DNA of 64,000 nt from Candidatus Parcubacteria bacterium (GTDB lineage: Bacteria; Patescibacteriota; Saccharimonadia; Saccharimonadales; 2-12-FULL-41-12), in assembly GCA_019347895.1 (NCBI GenBank), contig JAHWKM010000001.1, positions 21,924 to 85,923 of the forward strand, in the 5' to 3' direction. The notes beneath the pieces were generated by a model that was given only the letters and a program-made list of their open reading frames with translations, was not told the DNA's origin and searched no databases. This document shows, piece by piece, positions 1-10,281 of the stretch. Position 1 is the stretch's first letter; every line of letters starts with the position of its first letter. The position numbers were made by a program, and so were the translations under genes.

Positions 1-2
1 AC

Positions 3-635
3 CAAAGCTATGAAGACAAGTCGGCTCCTGAGATTATTGGCGATGGCATGATTATACCGAAAATATATGCCAAGAATGGCGTAGTTGATTTTGTCAGAAT
101 TATGGACGATATCAACGGCGGAACTTTTTATGGTCAAAAGCTGCCAAGACAAGATTATCTAGAGCATAAAATTTTTTGCGAGCAGCGAGCGGCAAGATTC
201 AAAGACGATGTGGTTGATATAAGAAATCAATTGATAAGAGAGATAGACAGCCTTCCAACGGCAGTTGATGCCAGCAAGCGCTTGGCTAAGCTTGTAGAGG
301 GAAGAATGGTCGATAAAGCGCTAAATGACACATCAATAGACCCTAGTGTATTTGGTGCGGAAAGCGCAGCCAGTCTAGTCAGAGCTCGTGAATTAAAAGC
401 TTTCGGGAATCATCATGAAGCCCAGGCGTTTATGCAACATGCCCGGGCAACAGCCAAAGGTGGTTCATGCCCAGCCGCCTTCCTGTTAGAAAAAGGTTTA
501 AGCAATAATGTTAGCAAGGAGGATGCTTGGGCTGGTGGAGAGCAAAAGGGTGGAACTTGCGTAAACTGCAGTAAGAAAACCACGGTAGGCGTAAAAAATT
601 GGTGCAAAGGCTGTATTAAAGGAAATTGCGGCTAA
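3..635 (+). CDS. Hypothetical protein, 5'-truncated by the window, with a C-terminal CxxC...CxxC zinc-ribbon-like motif
   Basis: Frame of ORF 48..635 is open back to position 3; C-terminus CVNC...CKGC. Confidence 0.7.
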   Translation, partial: QSYEDKSAPEIIGDGMIIPKIYAKNGVVDFVRIMDDINGGTFYGQKLPRQDYLEHKIFCEQRAARFKDDVVDIRNQLIREIDSLPTAVDASKRLAKLVEGRMVDKALNDTSIDPSVFGAESAASLVRARELKAFGNHHEAQAFMQHARATAKGGSCPAAFLLEKGLSNNVSKEDAWAGGEQKGGTCVNCSKKTTVGVKNWCKGCIKGNCG

Positions 636-704
636 TTTTAATGAAATGAAACTTCCAGGAATACGGCACTTGATATCTTCGTTAATTAACTATAAGTTTA
701 CTAG

Positions 705-1199
705 ATGAGAAGAATGGGCGTTTTGGCTGGGGTGTTTGATCCGATTCATTTGGGGCATATTGATTTTATTGAGCGTACAATTCTCGATAATTCACTGGAT
801 AAAGTTTATTTGCTGGTTGAGAAAAACCCCAAACACAAGCCGGTTTTTGCTAATTATAATCAGCGTGTGGAAATGATTAATCTGGCCGTAGAGAAACATC
901 CAAAAATAAAGGTTTATGATTGCGGCGCAGACAGCTATCCGATCAGCAATTGTTTACCGGAGATTAAAAAAATTTACCAGCCAGCTAAGCTTTACTTGCT
1001 AGTTGGCCATGATGTGGCCGATCACATAAAGTTCTGGCCTAATGCGGGCAAATTGCTTGAAGGTGTTGAGCTGGTGATAGCGGAGCGGAACGACGGCATA
1101 ACTTCAGGCAAAATCCGAAACGCTTTTTCCAGCCACCAAGACCCAGCCGGCCTCGACCACAAAATTCATCAATACATCCTAGCCAATCACCTGTACTAA
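705..1199 (+). CDS. nadD: Nicotinate-nucleotide adenylyltransferase-like (cytidylyltransferase family)
   Basis: GVFDPIHLGH (HxGH), ITSGKIR (ISST-like) and YILANHLY C-terminus typical of NadD. Confidence 0.75.
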   Translation: MRRMGVLAGVFDPIHLGHIDFIERTILDNSLDKVYLLVEKNPKHKPVFANYNQRVEMINLAVEKHPKIKVYDCGADSYPISNCLPEIKKIYQPAKLYLLVGHDVADHIKFWPNAGKLLEGVELVIAERNDGITSGKIRNAFSSHQDPAGLDHKIHQYILANHLY

Positions 1200-1285
1200 A
1201 ACACCCTCAAAAAAGTGACGATCGTCGCAAAAGTGTTAGTGTTTTTGTCGCATGCTAAGGAAGGTATTGACAAGAAAGGCTGGGG

Positions 1286-2980
1286 CTAGAGAGAAGTGAT
1301 GTCCGGGGCGTGGTTTTCCAGATGGGCAAGATGACGGTCGCGGAATTTTTTAAATTCGGCTTTGTTGAGTCCGGTTCGTTTAATAAACTGGCCGATTTTC
1401 TCCGAGCCGATATAGTGTGGAATCATCACGTAACTGGCGCCAAGATCATACAGCTCAGTGGCCTGATGGACATTTTCGGCGTGGCATATTATAGCGCAGT
1501 CCGGATTGGATTTTAGGATCAAATTAACCAAAAAAACGTTGGTGGAATGGTCGCTGATAGTTGAAACCACCAGCTTGGATTTTTCTATATTAGCTTCCTT
1601 GAGCAGCTCAGTATCGGTCACGTCGCCATACAGATAGGCGATTTTTTGCTGTTCCATTAAGTCAATTATTTCCGGGTCGTAATCAATCACCATAAAGCGG
1701 TGTTTCATCTGTTTAAAAATACGCACAAACTCGTGTCCGCCGTGATGATAACCCAGCAGTACGATCGGGTAACCCTCTGAGCGTTTGTGCTCGCGGTAAG
1801 TAACTTCTTTTTCAAACAGCTTAAATTTTATCTGGTCAAATTTAGCAAACAGCTGGTCGTCGTAATGCATTAAGTAGGTGGATATGGCGATTGTAATAAT
1901 AGCCACCAGCGTAATGATAGAAGCTACCTCAGGCCGGGCCAAACCTGAACTGACCGCAAGAACCACTAGTATTATGGAAAATTCACTGATTTGAGATAAA
2001 TTTATACCGGTTTTAAAGCTAACACGCTTTGTGTAACCTAAAAATCCCATAGTAGACGTTATAATCAGCGGCTTGCCTATAATTACAATGGCCGACAAGA
2101 TCATTGCCGGTATAATTCCGCTGGCAATATTACCGAGGCTCATGCTTTGGCCCAGGGTGATAAAGAACAGCACTACGAAGAAATCGCGAAGCGGCTTTAG
2201 CCTGGAGGCTATTTCCTGCACATATGGTGAAGCGGCCAGCGCAACACCGGCGAACAAAGCGCCTACTTCTATAGAAAAACCGCTGATTTTGAACAAGGTG
2301 GCGATACCGAACCCCCAGGCAATTGCAAATAAAAACAATAACTCCTGGGTTCCGGCCATGTATCTGGAAACTTTTGGCAGGATTCTTGTGCTGCAAATTG
2401 CCAGGAATGCCAGCAGCAGCAGCCCCTTGCCAAGCAGCAGCAGAATCTGTTCTAGGTTAAACTGCCCATCCTCGCCCGCCACAATAAACAGCAAGGCAAA
2501 GGTGGCTATAATGTCTTCGACAAGAATAACCCCAATGGCAATCTGGCCGTGCAGGCGGCCTTGCTCGCGCTTGTCGCTGAGGATTTTGATGATAATAATG
2601 GTGCTGGAAAAAAACAACGCCAAGCCGATGAGCAAGGCTTCCGTTATGCTAAAACCCATCAAACTGCTAGAGGCGAATCCGAGCAGGGTGATGGTAAGGA
2701 GGGACATGCCGGCAATCAGCGGCACCACTTTGCCGAGCTTGCGCAGCTCCGATACGTTCATGCCAAGCCCGATAATAAACAGCAGAAGGGCAATACCTAG
2801 GGCGGAAAATGTCTGGAACATCTCGACGGATTGGATTAGGTTAAAAATAGACGGCCCTACCAAAAGTCCGGCCAGTATGTAGCCCAGTATCAACGGCTGC
2901 CGCAGGATTTTCATGACAATAGAAACAATGGCCGTTACCAGTATCACAACGCTAAGTTCGGTAAAAATCGTATCGTGCAT
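1286..2980 (-). CDS. CPA2 cation/H+ antiporter (KefB/KefC-like) with C-terminal TrkA-N/RCK domain
   Basis: ~12 TM segments, LLLFIIGL, SSTIII, EDI, SQISEFS; YGDVTD RCK domain. Confidence 0.9.
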   Translation of the reverse strand: MHDTIFTELSVVILVTAIVSIVMKILRQPLILGYILAGLLVGPSIFNLIQSVEMFQTFSALGIALLLFIIGLGMNVSELRKLGKVVPLIAGMSLLTITLLGFASSSLMGFSITEALLIGLALFFSSTIIIIKILSDKREQGRLHGQIAIGVILVEDIIATFALLFIVAGEDGQFNLEQILLLLGKGLLLLAFLAICSTRILPKVSRYMAGTQELLFLFAIAWGFGIATLFKISGFSIEVGALFAGVALAASPYVQEIASRLKPLRDFFVVLFFITLGQSMSLGNIASGIIPAMILSAIVIIGKPLIITSTMGFLGYTKRVSFKTGINLSQISEFSIILVVLAVSSGLARPEVASIITLVAIITIAISTYLMHYDDQLFAKFDQIKFKLFEKEVTYREHKRSEGYPIVLLGYHHGGHEFVRIFKQMKHRFMVIDYDPEIIDLMEQQKIAYLYGDVTDTELLKEANIEKSKLVVSTISDHSTNVFLVNLILKSNPDCAIICHAENVHQATELYDLGASYVMIPHYIGSEKIGQFIKRTGLNKAEFKKFRDRHLAHLENHAPDITSL

Positions 2981-3053
2981 GTTTCTTTTAGCAGGCTAGT
3001 TTTATTTAGCTTATACTTCCAATCAATTATATAGTATTGTTAAGTTAGAAACC

Positions 3054-3530
3054 ATGAAGCCAGTATTTAGAAAAATATCAGCCAAAATTTCTAATGCCGC
3101 CGGTACGGCTTACGCTTTTTTAGGTGCCGTATTCGTAGTTTTAGTTTGGTCCTTCAGCGGGCCGTTATTTAACTTTTCAGATACCTGGCAGCTGGTCATT
3201 AATACCGGCACGACCATTGTGACGTTTTTGATGGTATTTTTGATTCAAAACACCCAAAACCGCGACTCCAAAGCGGTTCATTTAAAATTGGACGAGCTAA
3301 TCCGAGCCACCAAAGCCCGCGATGCCTTCGTAGATCTGGAAGATTTAACAGACGAGGAATTGAGCCAGCTGGATAAAGAATTTCACGAAATCCACGACCA
3401 GCAAGCAACTGGTCCGGTTATGAAAAAGCTGCAAAAAAGCATCAAGATAGAGCATGAACTGCGCAAAACCGGCAATCGATATTCGGTTGAAAAACTTAAT
3501 GAGATTATCAAAAAGATAACTGATTATTAG
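3054..3530 (+). CDS. Low-affinity iron permease (Fet4-like) family protein
   Basis: FSDTWQLVINTGTTIVTFLMVFLIQNTQNRD...KLDELIRA signature. Confidence 0.9.
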   Translation: MKPVFRKISAKISNAAGTAYAFLGAVFVVLVWSFSGPLFNFSDTWQLVINTGTTIVTFLMVFLIQNTQNRDSKAVHLKLDELIRATKARDAFVDLEDLTDEELSQLDKEFHEIHDQQATGPVMKKLQKSIKIEHELRKTGNRYSVEKLNEIIKKITDY

Positions 3531-3604
3531 TTTCAAGGTTTGTAACCTAACCATGCTATCCCTAAAACCTAAGGATCTCGCAGTGATATAGTGAGGTTTA
3601 ACGA

Positions 3605-4522
3605 ATGGATATATTCTTTGAACTGCTTACAAAACTAATCCCGATATTTTTATTAATATTACTAGGCTATATAGCCGGTAAATATTTTAAGGTTAATAAA
3701 AATACAGTTGCCAATCTGCTAATTTACATTATTTCTCCGGTTGTTGTTTTTTATGGCGTGGTTACTACAGAAATAAATGCCGGAACTCTTGCTTTGCCCA
3801 TTATATTTTTTGCTGTCAGCTGCTTGGTAGCACTTATCACTTACGGTGTCGCAAACTTTGTTTGGAAGGACGGTAACAGGAATGCCGTAGCTTTTATTGG
3901 TGGAAGCAGTAATTCTGGTTTTTTTGGGTTGCCTGTAGCGGTGGCCCTGTTTGGCGAAGGTTCGATCAGCGTAGTTGCGCTAGCTATACTTGGCACAACA
4001 CTATATCTCACTACGTTCGGCTACTTCCTGGCAGCTAAAGGCAAACACACGTCGCGAGAGAGCTTGATTAAGGTTTTAACAATGCCGATTTTGTACGGAT
4101 TTATTATCGGAGTCTTTATCCACTATATTAATTTTTCAGTACCGTCTAATTTTCTTGATATCGCCAGGAGCTTCAACGGCGCGTTTATTGTACTGGGCAT
4201 GATGATGGTTGGACTTGGCCTTGCTGACATTAAAAGATATGAATTTGATAAGGTTTTTGTCTTTTTATCCTTTTTCGCTAAATTTGTTATCTGGCCGGCG
4301 GTAATTCTTGGAATTATTTTAGTCGATAGAAAGTTTTTTGGTTTTTACGATGAATACACTCAAAAAATATTGGTGATGCTTTCATTAGTACCTGTGGCTG
4401 GCAATATTGTGGCCTATTCAACGATTTTAAAATCTCATCCAGAGAAGTCGGCACTATCGGTTTTCTTAACGACTATCTTCGGATTAATTTTTATACCAAT
4501 TGTAGCCGTCTTGTTTTTTTAA
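3605..4522 (+). CDS. AEC (auxin efflux carrier) family transporter
   Basis: 10 TM segments; NSGFFGLP and LGMMMVG motifs. Confidence 0.85.
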   Translation: MDIFFELLTKLIPIFLLILLGYIAGKYFKVNKNTVANLLIYIISPVVVFYGVVTTEINAGTLALPIIFFAVSCLVALITYGVANFVWKDGNRNAVAFIGGSSNSGFFGLPVAVALFGEGSISVVALAILGTTLYLTTFGYFLAAKGKHTSRESLIKVLTMPILYGFIIGVFIHYINFSVPSNFLDIARSFNGAFIVLGMMMVGLGLADIKRYEFDKVFVFLSFFAKFVIWPAVILGIILVDRKFFGFYDEYTQKILVMLSLVPVAGNIVAYSTILKSHPEKSALSVFLTTIFGLIFIPIVAVLFF

Positions 4523-4767
4523 CTATTGGGGGTTGGCGTTGGCGATGGCTTCGTCTATTACCTTTTTGAATTCTCTTTTAAGGTTTTTTGGTTTCGACTT
4601 TTGGATTCACGCTCGAGAAAATGAACGAGTGACAGGCTAATTTAATGGAGTTTTTATGACGCTCTGACTGTCCAGGAGGTAACTGATCTGAAACGCAAAA
4701 CGCTTTACAGCGAAGACTTGCCAGCCGGACAAAAGTTTGGCTAGCTGAAAACCATAAATCCATTTGT

Positions 4768-5304
4768 TTAAGGGGCGGTAGGTTCAGGACTTTTGCCGAT
4801 GTTGGCTAGATAAAATTGAACCAATAAATCCTCGTTGAACTCATCTAGCTCATATGTTTTTGTCCAGCTAGCAAGTTGGATTGGTTTGGAATTGCTGGCT
4901 CTAGGCATAACCAAGGCTTTGCTGGGTTGAAAATTTTCTCTGGAGTAGGGCGGTCCAAACAAAGCTTTTAATTTTTCAATCTGATCTTGAGGCAAATCCG
5001 GTTTGTAAGCTATAACTACGCCTCCATGCTCCAAGTTGTGCACGAAAGTTTCCGGTGGCACCTCGGTCTCGTGTATGCCCCAGTTGGTAGGCTGCTGGGC
5101 ATGGGGTCCGGAACTGGGCAGGTCTGAATTATATTGGCCGTAAGTAGCCCCGTTAGCCAAGTGCTCACGACCTTGATCCTCATGGGACTGGCCTAGTTCC
5201 AGCCCGGCCTTGCCGGGATCTACGCTGTCATCTTTAGTGAAATAAAATAAACCGAACATTAGTCCGATTACAATTACTACAACTACGATAAATTGTTTAC
5301 CCAT
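4768..5304 (-). CDS. DUF3105 family membrane-anchored protein
   Basis: N-terminal TM, PSSGPH and VHNLEHG motifs. Confidence 0.85.
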   Translation of the reverse strand: MGKQFIVVVVIVIGLMFGLFYFTKDDSVDPGKAGLELGQSHEDQGREHLANGATYGQYNSDLPSSGPHAQQPTNWGIHETEVPPETFVHNLEHGGVVIAYKPDLPQDQIEKLKALFGPPYSRENFQPSKALVMPRASNSKPIQLASWTKTYELDEFNEDLLVQFYLANIGKSPEPTAP

Positions 5305-5381
5305 AAATGGGAGTACTCCTTAAATTTATCTCAATAATAACATTTTTTGCCTGGGGCGTAGAAAAATCTTACAATACAAGC

Positions 5382-6305
5382 ATGTGGGGCCAAGTGCTGA
5401 CAATCTTACTATTTACTATAAGCGCCCTGGCTGTCAGTTTGCGGAAATATTATCTGCAAAGCCCGGTTATAGAACCTCCTGCCAGACAAGCCAACCCGGC
5501 CCTAAAGCGCCGCACGGTAAAGTCAACCAAGCGCGAACATGTTTTATCCGCCCTTTTAATAATTATAGCCGTTATTTGCTTTAGCTTATTCGCGGCCATA
5601 CTGCCGGCTTATGTACCGAAGATAGTTTATTTCGCTATATTAGCGCTGGGTGTATACTTTGTATTTTTTTATCTGCCGGGCAAAAACAGCGGACGTTTTA
5701 TAACGGACTTGGCCGGCCTGTTGACGCCGCTTTTTATTGCCTTGTTAAGTAAAACCAAAAACCAGACCAAAAGCCTGGAGAAGCGTTTGGCCGAGCGGGA
5801 AAAGTCCAAAAACGTCTACAGGCATTTGACTAAAACCGAAATCCTGGAGATGCTAAACCGGCAAAAAGCCAATTACGACGGCCGCAGCCTGGCCAAAGGG
5901 CTAAATTTTGCCATAAATTCCATCAACCTGGGAGGTAAGCAAATTGAAGACTATACGATGCCGCTGGCAGACGTGCATCTGGTTGGCGCTCAAGAAACCG
6001 CCGGCCCGATTTTAATAGACGAACTGCATAAGTCAGGCTACCGAATTTTTCCCGTTAACAACAAGAACGAGGGGATTATTGGTACGGTCAGGCTGTCAGA
6101 CTTAATCGATCTGAGCGAGGGCGGCAGGGCAATCAAGGACGTGATGAACAATGACCTGCAGTATCTAGATGAGGATGACAGCGTTATGGCCGCATTTGAT
6201 AAATTCGTTAACTATGGAACCACTATGTTCATAGTTAAAGCCGGCAATAAAGATTCCGGCATTTTATATCTTGAAGATCTCACCAGTGAACTCATAGAAG
6301 AATAG
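5382..6305 (+). CDS. CBS-domain membrane protein (CNNM/CorC-like)
   Basis: N-terminal TMs, then ELHKSGYRIFPV CBS pair; probable start MWGQ at 5382 after a TACAAT-like -10. Confidence 0.75.
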   Translation: MWGQVLTILLFTISALAVSLRKYYLQSPVIEPPARQANPALKRRTVKSTKREHVLSALLIIIAVICFSLFAAILPAYVPKIVYFAILALGVYFVFFYLPGKNSGRFITDLAGLLTPLFIALLSKTKNQTKSLEKRLAEREKSKNVYRHLTKTEILEMLNRQKANYDGRSLAKGLNFAINSINLGGKQIEDYTMPLADVHLVGAQETAGPILIDELHKSGYRIFPVNNKNEGIIGTVRLSDLIDLSEGGRAIKDVMNNDLQYLDEDDSVMAAFDKFVNYGTTMFIVKAGNKDSGILYLEDLTSELIEE

Positions 6306-6314
6306 TCCGGGGCT

Positions 6315-8096
6315 TTATTTGATTAGCTGGTTGCGCAGCTCCTGGTTTAGATTTATAAGCCGAAGTGTATCAGGAATATCGCCTGGCAAGCCGACGCATA
6401 CGCCAAATAGCTGCTTGACAGTCCAGCCGGAATTTTCCGCCTTTCTAATTTCGTAGCGGTTTATGCTGTATCTTACCTGGCCGGATTTGGTTAACTCATA
6501 AAGGAAACTGCCGGGGATTAAGCTGCCCCCGCAGCGGCGAATTCTTTCCGCCCCTAGAATTTCACCCGTAAAACGATAAGTAATCGGCGGATTGAATAAG
6601 TCGATGCTGCGGTTAAGCGCTTTGTCGACTACAGTAACGCCGAAGCCATAGCTATTGTGGCGAGGGCTGGCGGCTGTCAGGCTGCGGCGGTCGGAATTCT
6701 CAAACAGTGTGCCGGTTAATTCATCCCAAGAAGCATCAGGCTGCTGGCTGCGAAGCAAGGCCAGCGCACCGCTTACGAAGGGCGTGGCAAAGGACGTGCC
6801 GGCCGCTCCGCTGGCGTAGGCTGAAGTTTTATTGGTTTTGGTCCAATTGGTGGTTGTCATATCCGTACCGGGAGCCACGATATCCAAATTGGAGCCGTAG
6901 TTGCTAAACGAAGCAGCATTGCTGGATGAGTTTGAGGCGCCGACGGCCACAACTTCAGGGTAGTTGGCAGGGTAGACAATACAGTCGCAGCCGTCGTTGC
7001 CTGAGGCGGCTACTATCAAAATGCCTTTACTCTGCGCGTATAACATGGCTTCGCGCAAAAACGGGTCCTCAAGGTCTGTTCCTAGACTGATACTGATGAC
7101 ATCTACGCCTCGATCGCTGGCGTAATATATGGCATCGGCCACGGTGTAACTATTGCCGTAGCTGTCGTCGTTTAGAGCTTGCAGCGGCAAAATTTTAGTT
7201 TGCCAGTTAACCCCGGCAATACCTACGCTATTGTTACCAGTAGCGCCTAAAATGCCTGTTACCAAGCTGCCATGCTGTGTGCCGTCGCCGTCGGGATTGG
7301 TTTCACCGGCTTCGGCGCTGCGCTCAAAATTTATAAAATCCCAGCCTAGATAATCATCTGCCAGCCCGTTGCCGTCATCATCCAGGCGGTTGCAGGATTT
7401 ATTAAGAACGATCAGTCGGTCGGTGCAATTAAGAGTAGAAACATGTTCGACGGTTGTCGGCCCTGATTCGTTATCGACAATGCGGTCGAAATCGTCGTCT
7501 ATGTTATTGCAAGATTTGTCTAAGGCTAAACTCCGGTCCGTGCAGTTTAAACGGCTTGGACCTTCCTGCGTGGTAGCGCCTGACTCGCCGCTATTATAGG
7601 CCCAGCGGTTGGAAAACTCCTGGTGGTTTAGGGCGAAACCGGTATCGATTACCGCCACGGTTGTCTGCTTAGCGCCTGGCGGCTTGCCCCAAGCTGACTG
7701 CATTCCGGTTGGCGCGACCCACCACTGGTCGGCGTAAGGATCATTTGGTGTCAGCTGCGGTTCGTAAATTCTAAGCGGATAAGTCTTGCCGTTTTTGGTT
7801 ATGGTCTGGTTTTTTTCGCTGACTTGAGCGTCTGAAGCGTAGGCCGGGGGTTTTTTCGGCCGACTGTTAGTTGGCGGGGAAAGCCGGCGGGTTTTTTCGG
7901 AACCATCCGGCCGCACGCCGGTCTTGGCGTCTTCGTGACCCGTCAGGTTATCGGGCGCAACGGCAGCGGCCGTCGAAGAGCCGGCAGCCAAGTCTCCCGG
8001 AGGATAACTTGAGCGAACATTTACCAAGGCTATAACTAGGGTTAATACTAAAAAGCCCCAGACAGACTGCTGAAGGTAGATTTTATTTTTTGGCAT
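6315..8096 (-). CDS. S8 subtilisin-family serine peptidase, membrane-anchored or secreted
   Basis: Catalytic triad motifs VAVIDTG, HGSLV and GTSFATP; N-terminal TM; probable start MPKNK at 8096. Confidence 0.9.
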   Translation of the reverse strand: MPKNKIYLQQSVWGFLVLTLVIALVNVRSSYPPGDLAAGSSTAAAVAPDNLTGHEDAKTGVRPDGSEKTRRLSPPTNSRPKKPPAYASDAQVSEKNQTITKNGKTYPLRIYEPQLTPNDPYADQWWVAPTGMQSAWGKPPGAKQTTVAVIDTGFALNHQEFSNRWAYNSGESGATTQEGPSRLNCTDRSLALDKSCNNIDDDFDRIVDNESGPTTVEHVSTLNCTDRLIVLNKSCNRLDDDGNGLADDYLGWDFINFERSAEAGETNPDGDGTQHGSLVTGILGATGNNSVGIAGVNWQTKILPLQALNDDSYGNSYTVADAIYYASDRGVDVISISLGTDLEDPFLREAMLYAQSKGILIVAASGNDGCDCIVYPANYPEVVAVGASNSSSNAASFSNYGSNLDIVAPGTDMTTTNWTKTNKTSAYASGAAGTSFATPFVSGALALLRSQQPDASWDELTGTLFENSDRRSLTAASPRHNSYGFGVTVVDKALNRSIDLFNPPITYRFTGEILGAERIRRCGGSLIPGSFLYELTKSGQVRYSINRYEIRKAENSGWTVKQLFGVCVGLPGDIPDTLRLINLNQELRNQLIK

Positions 8097-8188
8097 TTTT
8101 ATTTTTGTTAACACTTTATAATTATAGCAAAAATTTGCTTTAAAGTCAATAGCCTTTAGCGGTTTAAATATGGTATAGTACACTTCTA

Positions 8189-9517
8189 ATGATTAAAAAA
8201 GATCCTAGAATCCTCAGTTCGAACGTTTCCAAGCATATCGGTACCTCTATAACCATCCAAGGCTGGCTGCATAAAAAGCGGCTGCTGGGCGGCCTGAATT
8301 TTATAAATTTGCGCGACCGACGCGGTTTGGTACAAATTTTGGTCGAGGCTAAAGACGAGGTTGAGAAACTGCGCGGCTTGCAGATTGGCACGGTACTGGA
8401 AATAACGGGGCAAGTCATAAAAGATGAGCGGGCTCCGGGCGGGGCGGAGATTCATGAGCCGAAAATTAACGTTTTAGTGCCGGTTACCGAGGAACCGCCG
8501 ATTGAAGTCGATAAGCCGATCCAGCATAAGCCGGAAAACCTTGATACCCTGCTTGATCATCGTGTTTTAAACATCCGGAATCTGCAAGAACAAAAAATTT
8601 TTAAGATTAGAGCCAGCCTGTTTCGCTACATTCGGGAGTATTTGTACCAGCATGATTTCGTGGAAATCCAAACGCCAAAATTACTGCCTGGTGCAACCGA
8701 AGGCGGGGCTGAGGTTTTTAAGTTGGACTATTTTGGCAAAGAGGCGACGCTGGCTCAAAGCCCGCAGTTTTATAAGCAAATCATGGTCGGTGCCTACGAG
8801 CGTGTATTTGAAATCGGGCCGGCTTATCGCGCCGAGCCAAGCGCGACTACCCGGCATACGACCGAACTTACCATGCTGGATATCGAGATGGGCTTCGTAG
8901 CCGACCATGATGAAGTGCTCAATATGGTAGGCGGGATGACGATTGATATTTTGAAACGAGTTTATGAGGAACATGCGGCTGACTTGAAAAGCTTGAATGC
9001 ACCGGAGTTGAAGCTGCCGGAAGATGGCATTGTGCCGCAGTTTACCGTCGCTGAGATTCACGAAATGTACACTAAAGCCACAAAAATTGACACGACCGAT
9101 GAAAAAGATCTGACTCCCGATGAAGAGCGCTGGATTGCCGACTATGCTCTTAAGCAGCTGGGCAGTGACTTGGTCTACGCCGTCCGCTTTCCAATTGAAG
9201 CGATGAAATTTTACCACCGGGCAGCCGATGACGGTAAAACGGTGCTGTGGGGGGATTTGATTTACCGCGGCATTGAGATTGCTACCGTTCCGCTGCGCGA
9301 ACATAGATATCAAAAAATGATTGAACAGATGAAAAATGCCGGACTGAACCCCGAAGAAGAGGGCTTTAAGTACTACCTGCAGGCCTTTAAATACGGCTTG
9401 CCGCAACACGGAGGCTGCGGTTATGGCCCTGACCGGCTGGTTCAAAAAACGGTCGGCCTCAACAATGTTAAAGAAGCCACTCTCTTCCCCCGCGACATGA
9501 ACCGCTTGGCGCCATGA
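8189..9517 (+). CDS. aspS: Aspartate--tRNA(Asp/Asn) ligase, archaeal-type, non-discriminating
   Basis: OB-fold (GWLH, LRDR), GGAEVF, LAQSPQFYKQ, YRAE, HGGCGYG..R; short 442-aa form lacking the GAD insertion. Confidence 0.93.
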   Translation: MIKKDPRILSSNVSKHIGTSITIQGWLHKKRLLGGLNFINLRDRRGLVQILVEAKDEVEKLRGLQIGTVLEITGQVIKDERAPGGAEIHEPKINVLVPVTEEPPIEVDKPIQHKPENLDTLLDHRVLNIRNLQEQKIFKIRASLFRYIREYLYQHDFVEIQTPKLLPGATEGGAEVFKLDYFGKEATLAQSPQFYKQIMVGAYERVFEIGPAYRAEPSATTRHTTELTMLDIEMGFVADHDEVLNMVGGMTIDILKRVYEEHAADLKSLNAPELKLPEDGIVPQFTVAEIHEMYTKATKIDTTDEKDLTPDEERWIADYALKQLGSDLVYAVRFPIEAMKFYHRAADDGKTVLWGDLIYRGIEIATVPLREHRYQKMIEQMKNAGLNPEEEGFKYYLQAFKYGLPQHGGCGYGPDRLVQKTVGLNNVKEATLFPRDMNRLAP

Positions 9518-10128
9518 TCTACGACTTAACGCAAACGACCAACGAAGATTTACCGGTTTATCCGGGCGATCCGAAGGTTAAGCTGGAGCCGATTGGCGGA
9601 GTTGATGAGACTGGGTTTTTAGACCACTTGCTAACCATGGATACGCACAACGGCACGCACATTGACGCGCCGGCGCATATAATTGCCGACGGCAAGGAAT
9701 TAAAAGATTATCCGATTGAGCGGTTTGTGCTTAAGGGAATATGCATTGATGCACGCGGTGGTTTTAAGCCGGCGGATATTAAGCGGCAAGTTAATGAAGA
9801 TGGTTTGGCCGTATTGTTCTGTACTGGCATGAGCCGGTATTTTTATGAGGAAAAATACTGGCAAGATTATCCGGTCTTGGATGACTCTTGCATGCAAGCA
9901 CTAATCAATAAAAAAGTCTCGTTGGTCGGCATTGATGCGGGAAGCTTGGACAATCAAGACGACTTTCCGGTCCATAAAGCTTTGTTGCTGGCTGATATTT
10001 TACCTGTAGAAAACCTAACCGGACTTGAACCCATAATCGGTAAAACTTTCAATCTGTACGCTTTGCCGCTAAAGCTGGAAAAAGACGGCGCCCCCGCTCG
10101 GGTAATCGCAACGCTAAACCATCTGTGA
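9514..10128 (+). CDS. Cyclase/kynurenine formamidase (KynB-like) family protein
   Basis: HNGTHIDAPAH, VENL and DGAPARV motifs. Confidence 0.9.
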   Translation: MIYDLTQTTNEDLPVYPGDPKVKLEPIGGVDETGFLDHLLTMDTHNGTHIDAPAHIIADGKELKDYPIERFVLKGICIDARGGFKPADIKRQVNEDGLAVLFCTGMSRYFYEEKYWQDYPVLDDSCMQALINKKVSLVGIDAGSLDNQDDFPVHKALLLADILPVENLTGLEPIIGKTFNLYALPLKLEKDGAPARVIATLNHL

Positions 10129-10281
10129 CAAACGTAAAATTTACTTGTTTAGACTTAACTTTTGATAGTATTAAGGTTTTCCGCTGGGAGTGAAAGTAAA
10201 CTACAAGCCGTGGTGCGTAGGTTGTGGAGGGTTTTCTGGTATAATCTAGTCTAAAGCTTAAGTAGAATTGCAATAGATAAA

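Noticed and set aside
2073-2882. Long antisense ORFs (also 8681-9445, 29287-29742, 31802-32752, 33528-33953)
   Set aside because: Shadows of well-supported genes on the opposite strand
4578-4763. 61-aa ORF after the DUF3105 gene
   Set aside because: No recognisable motif or composition support
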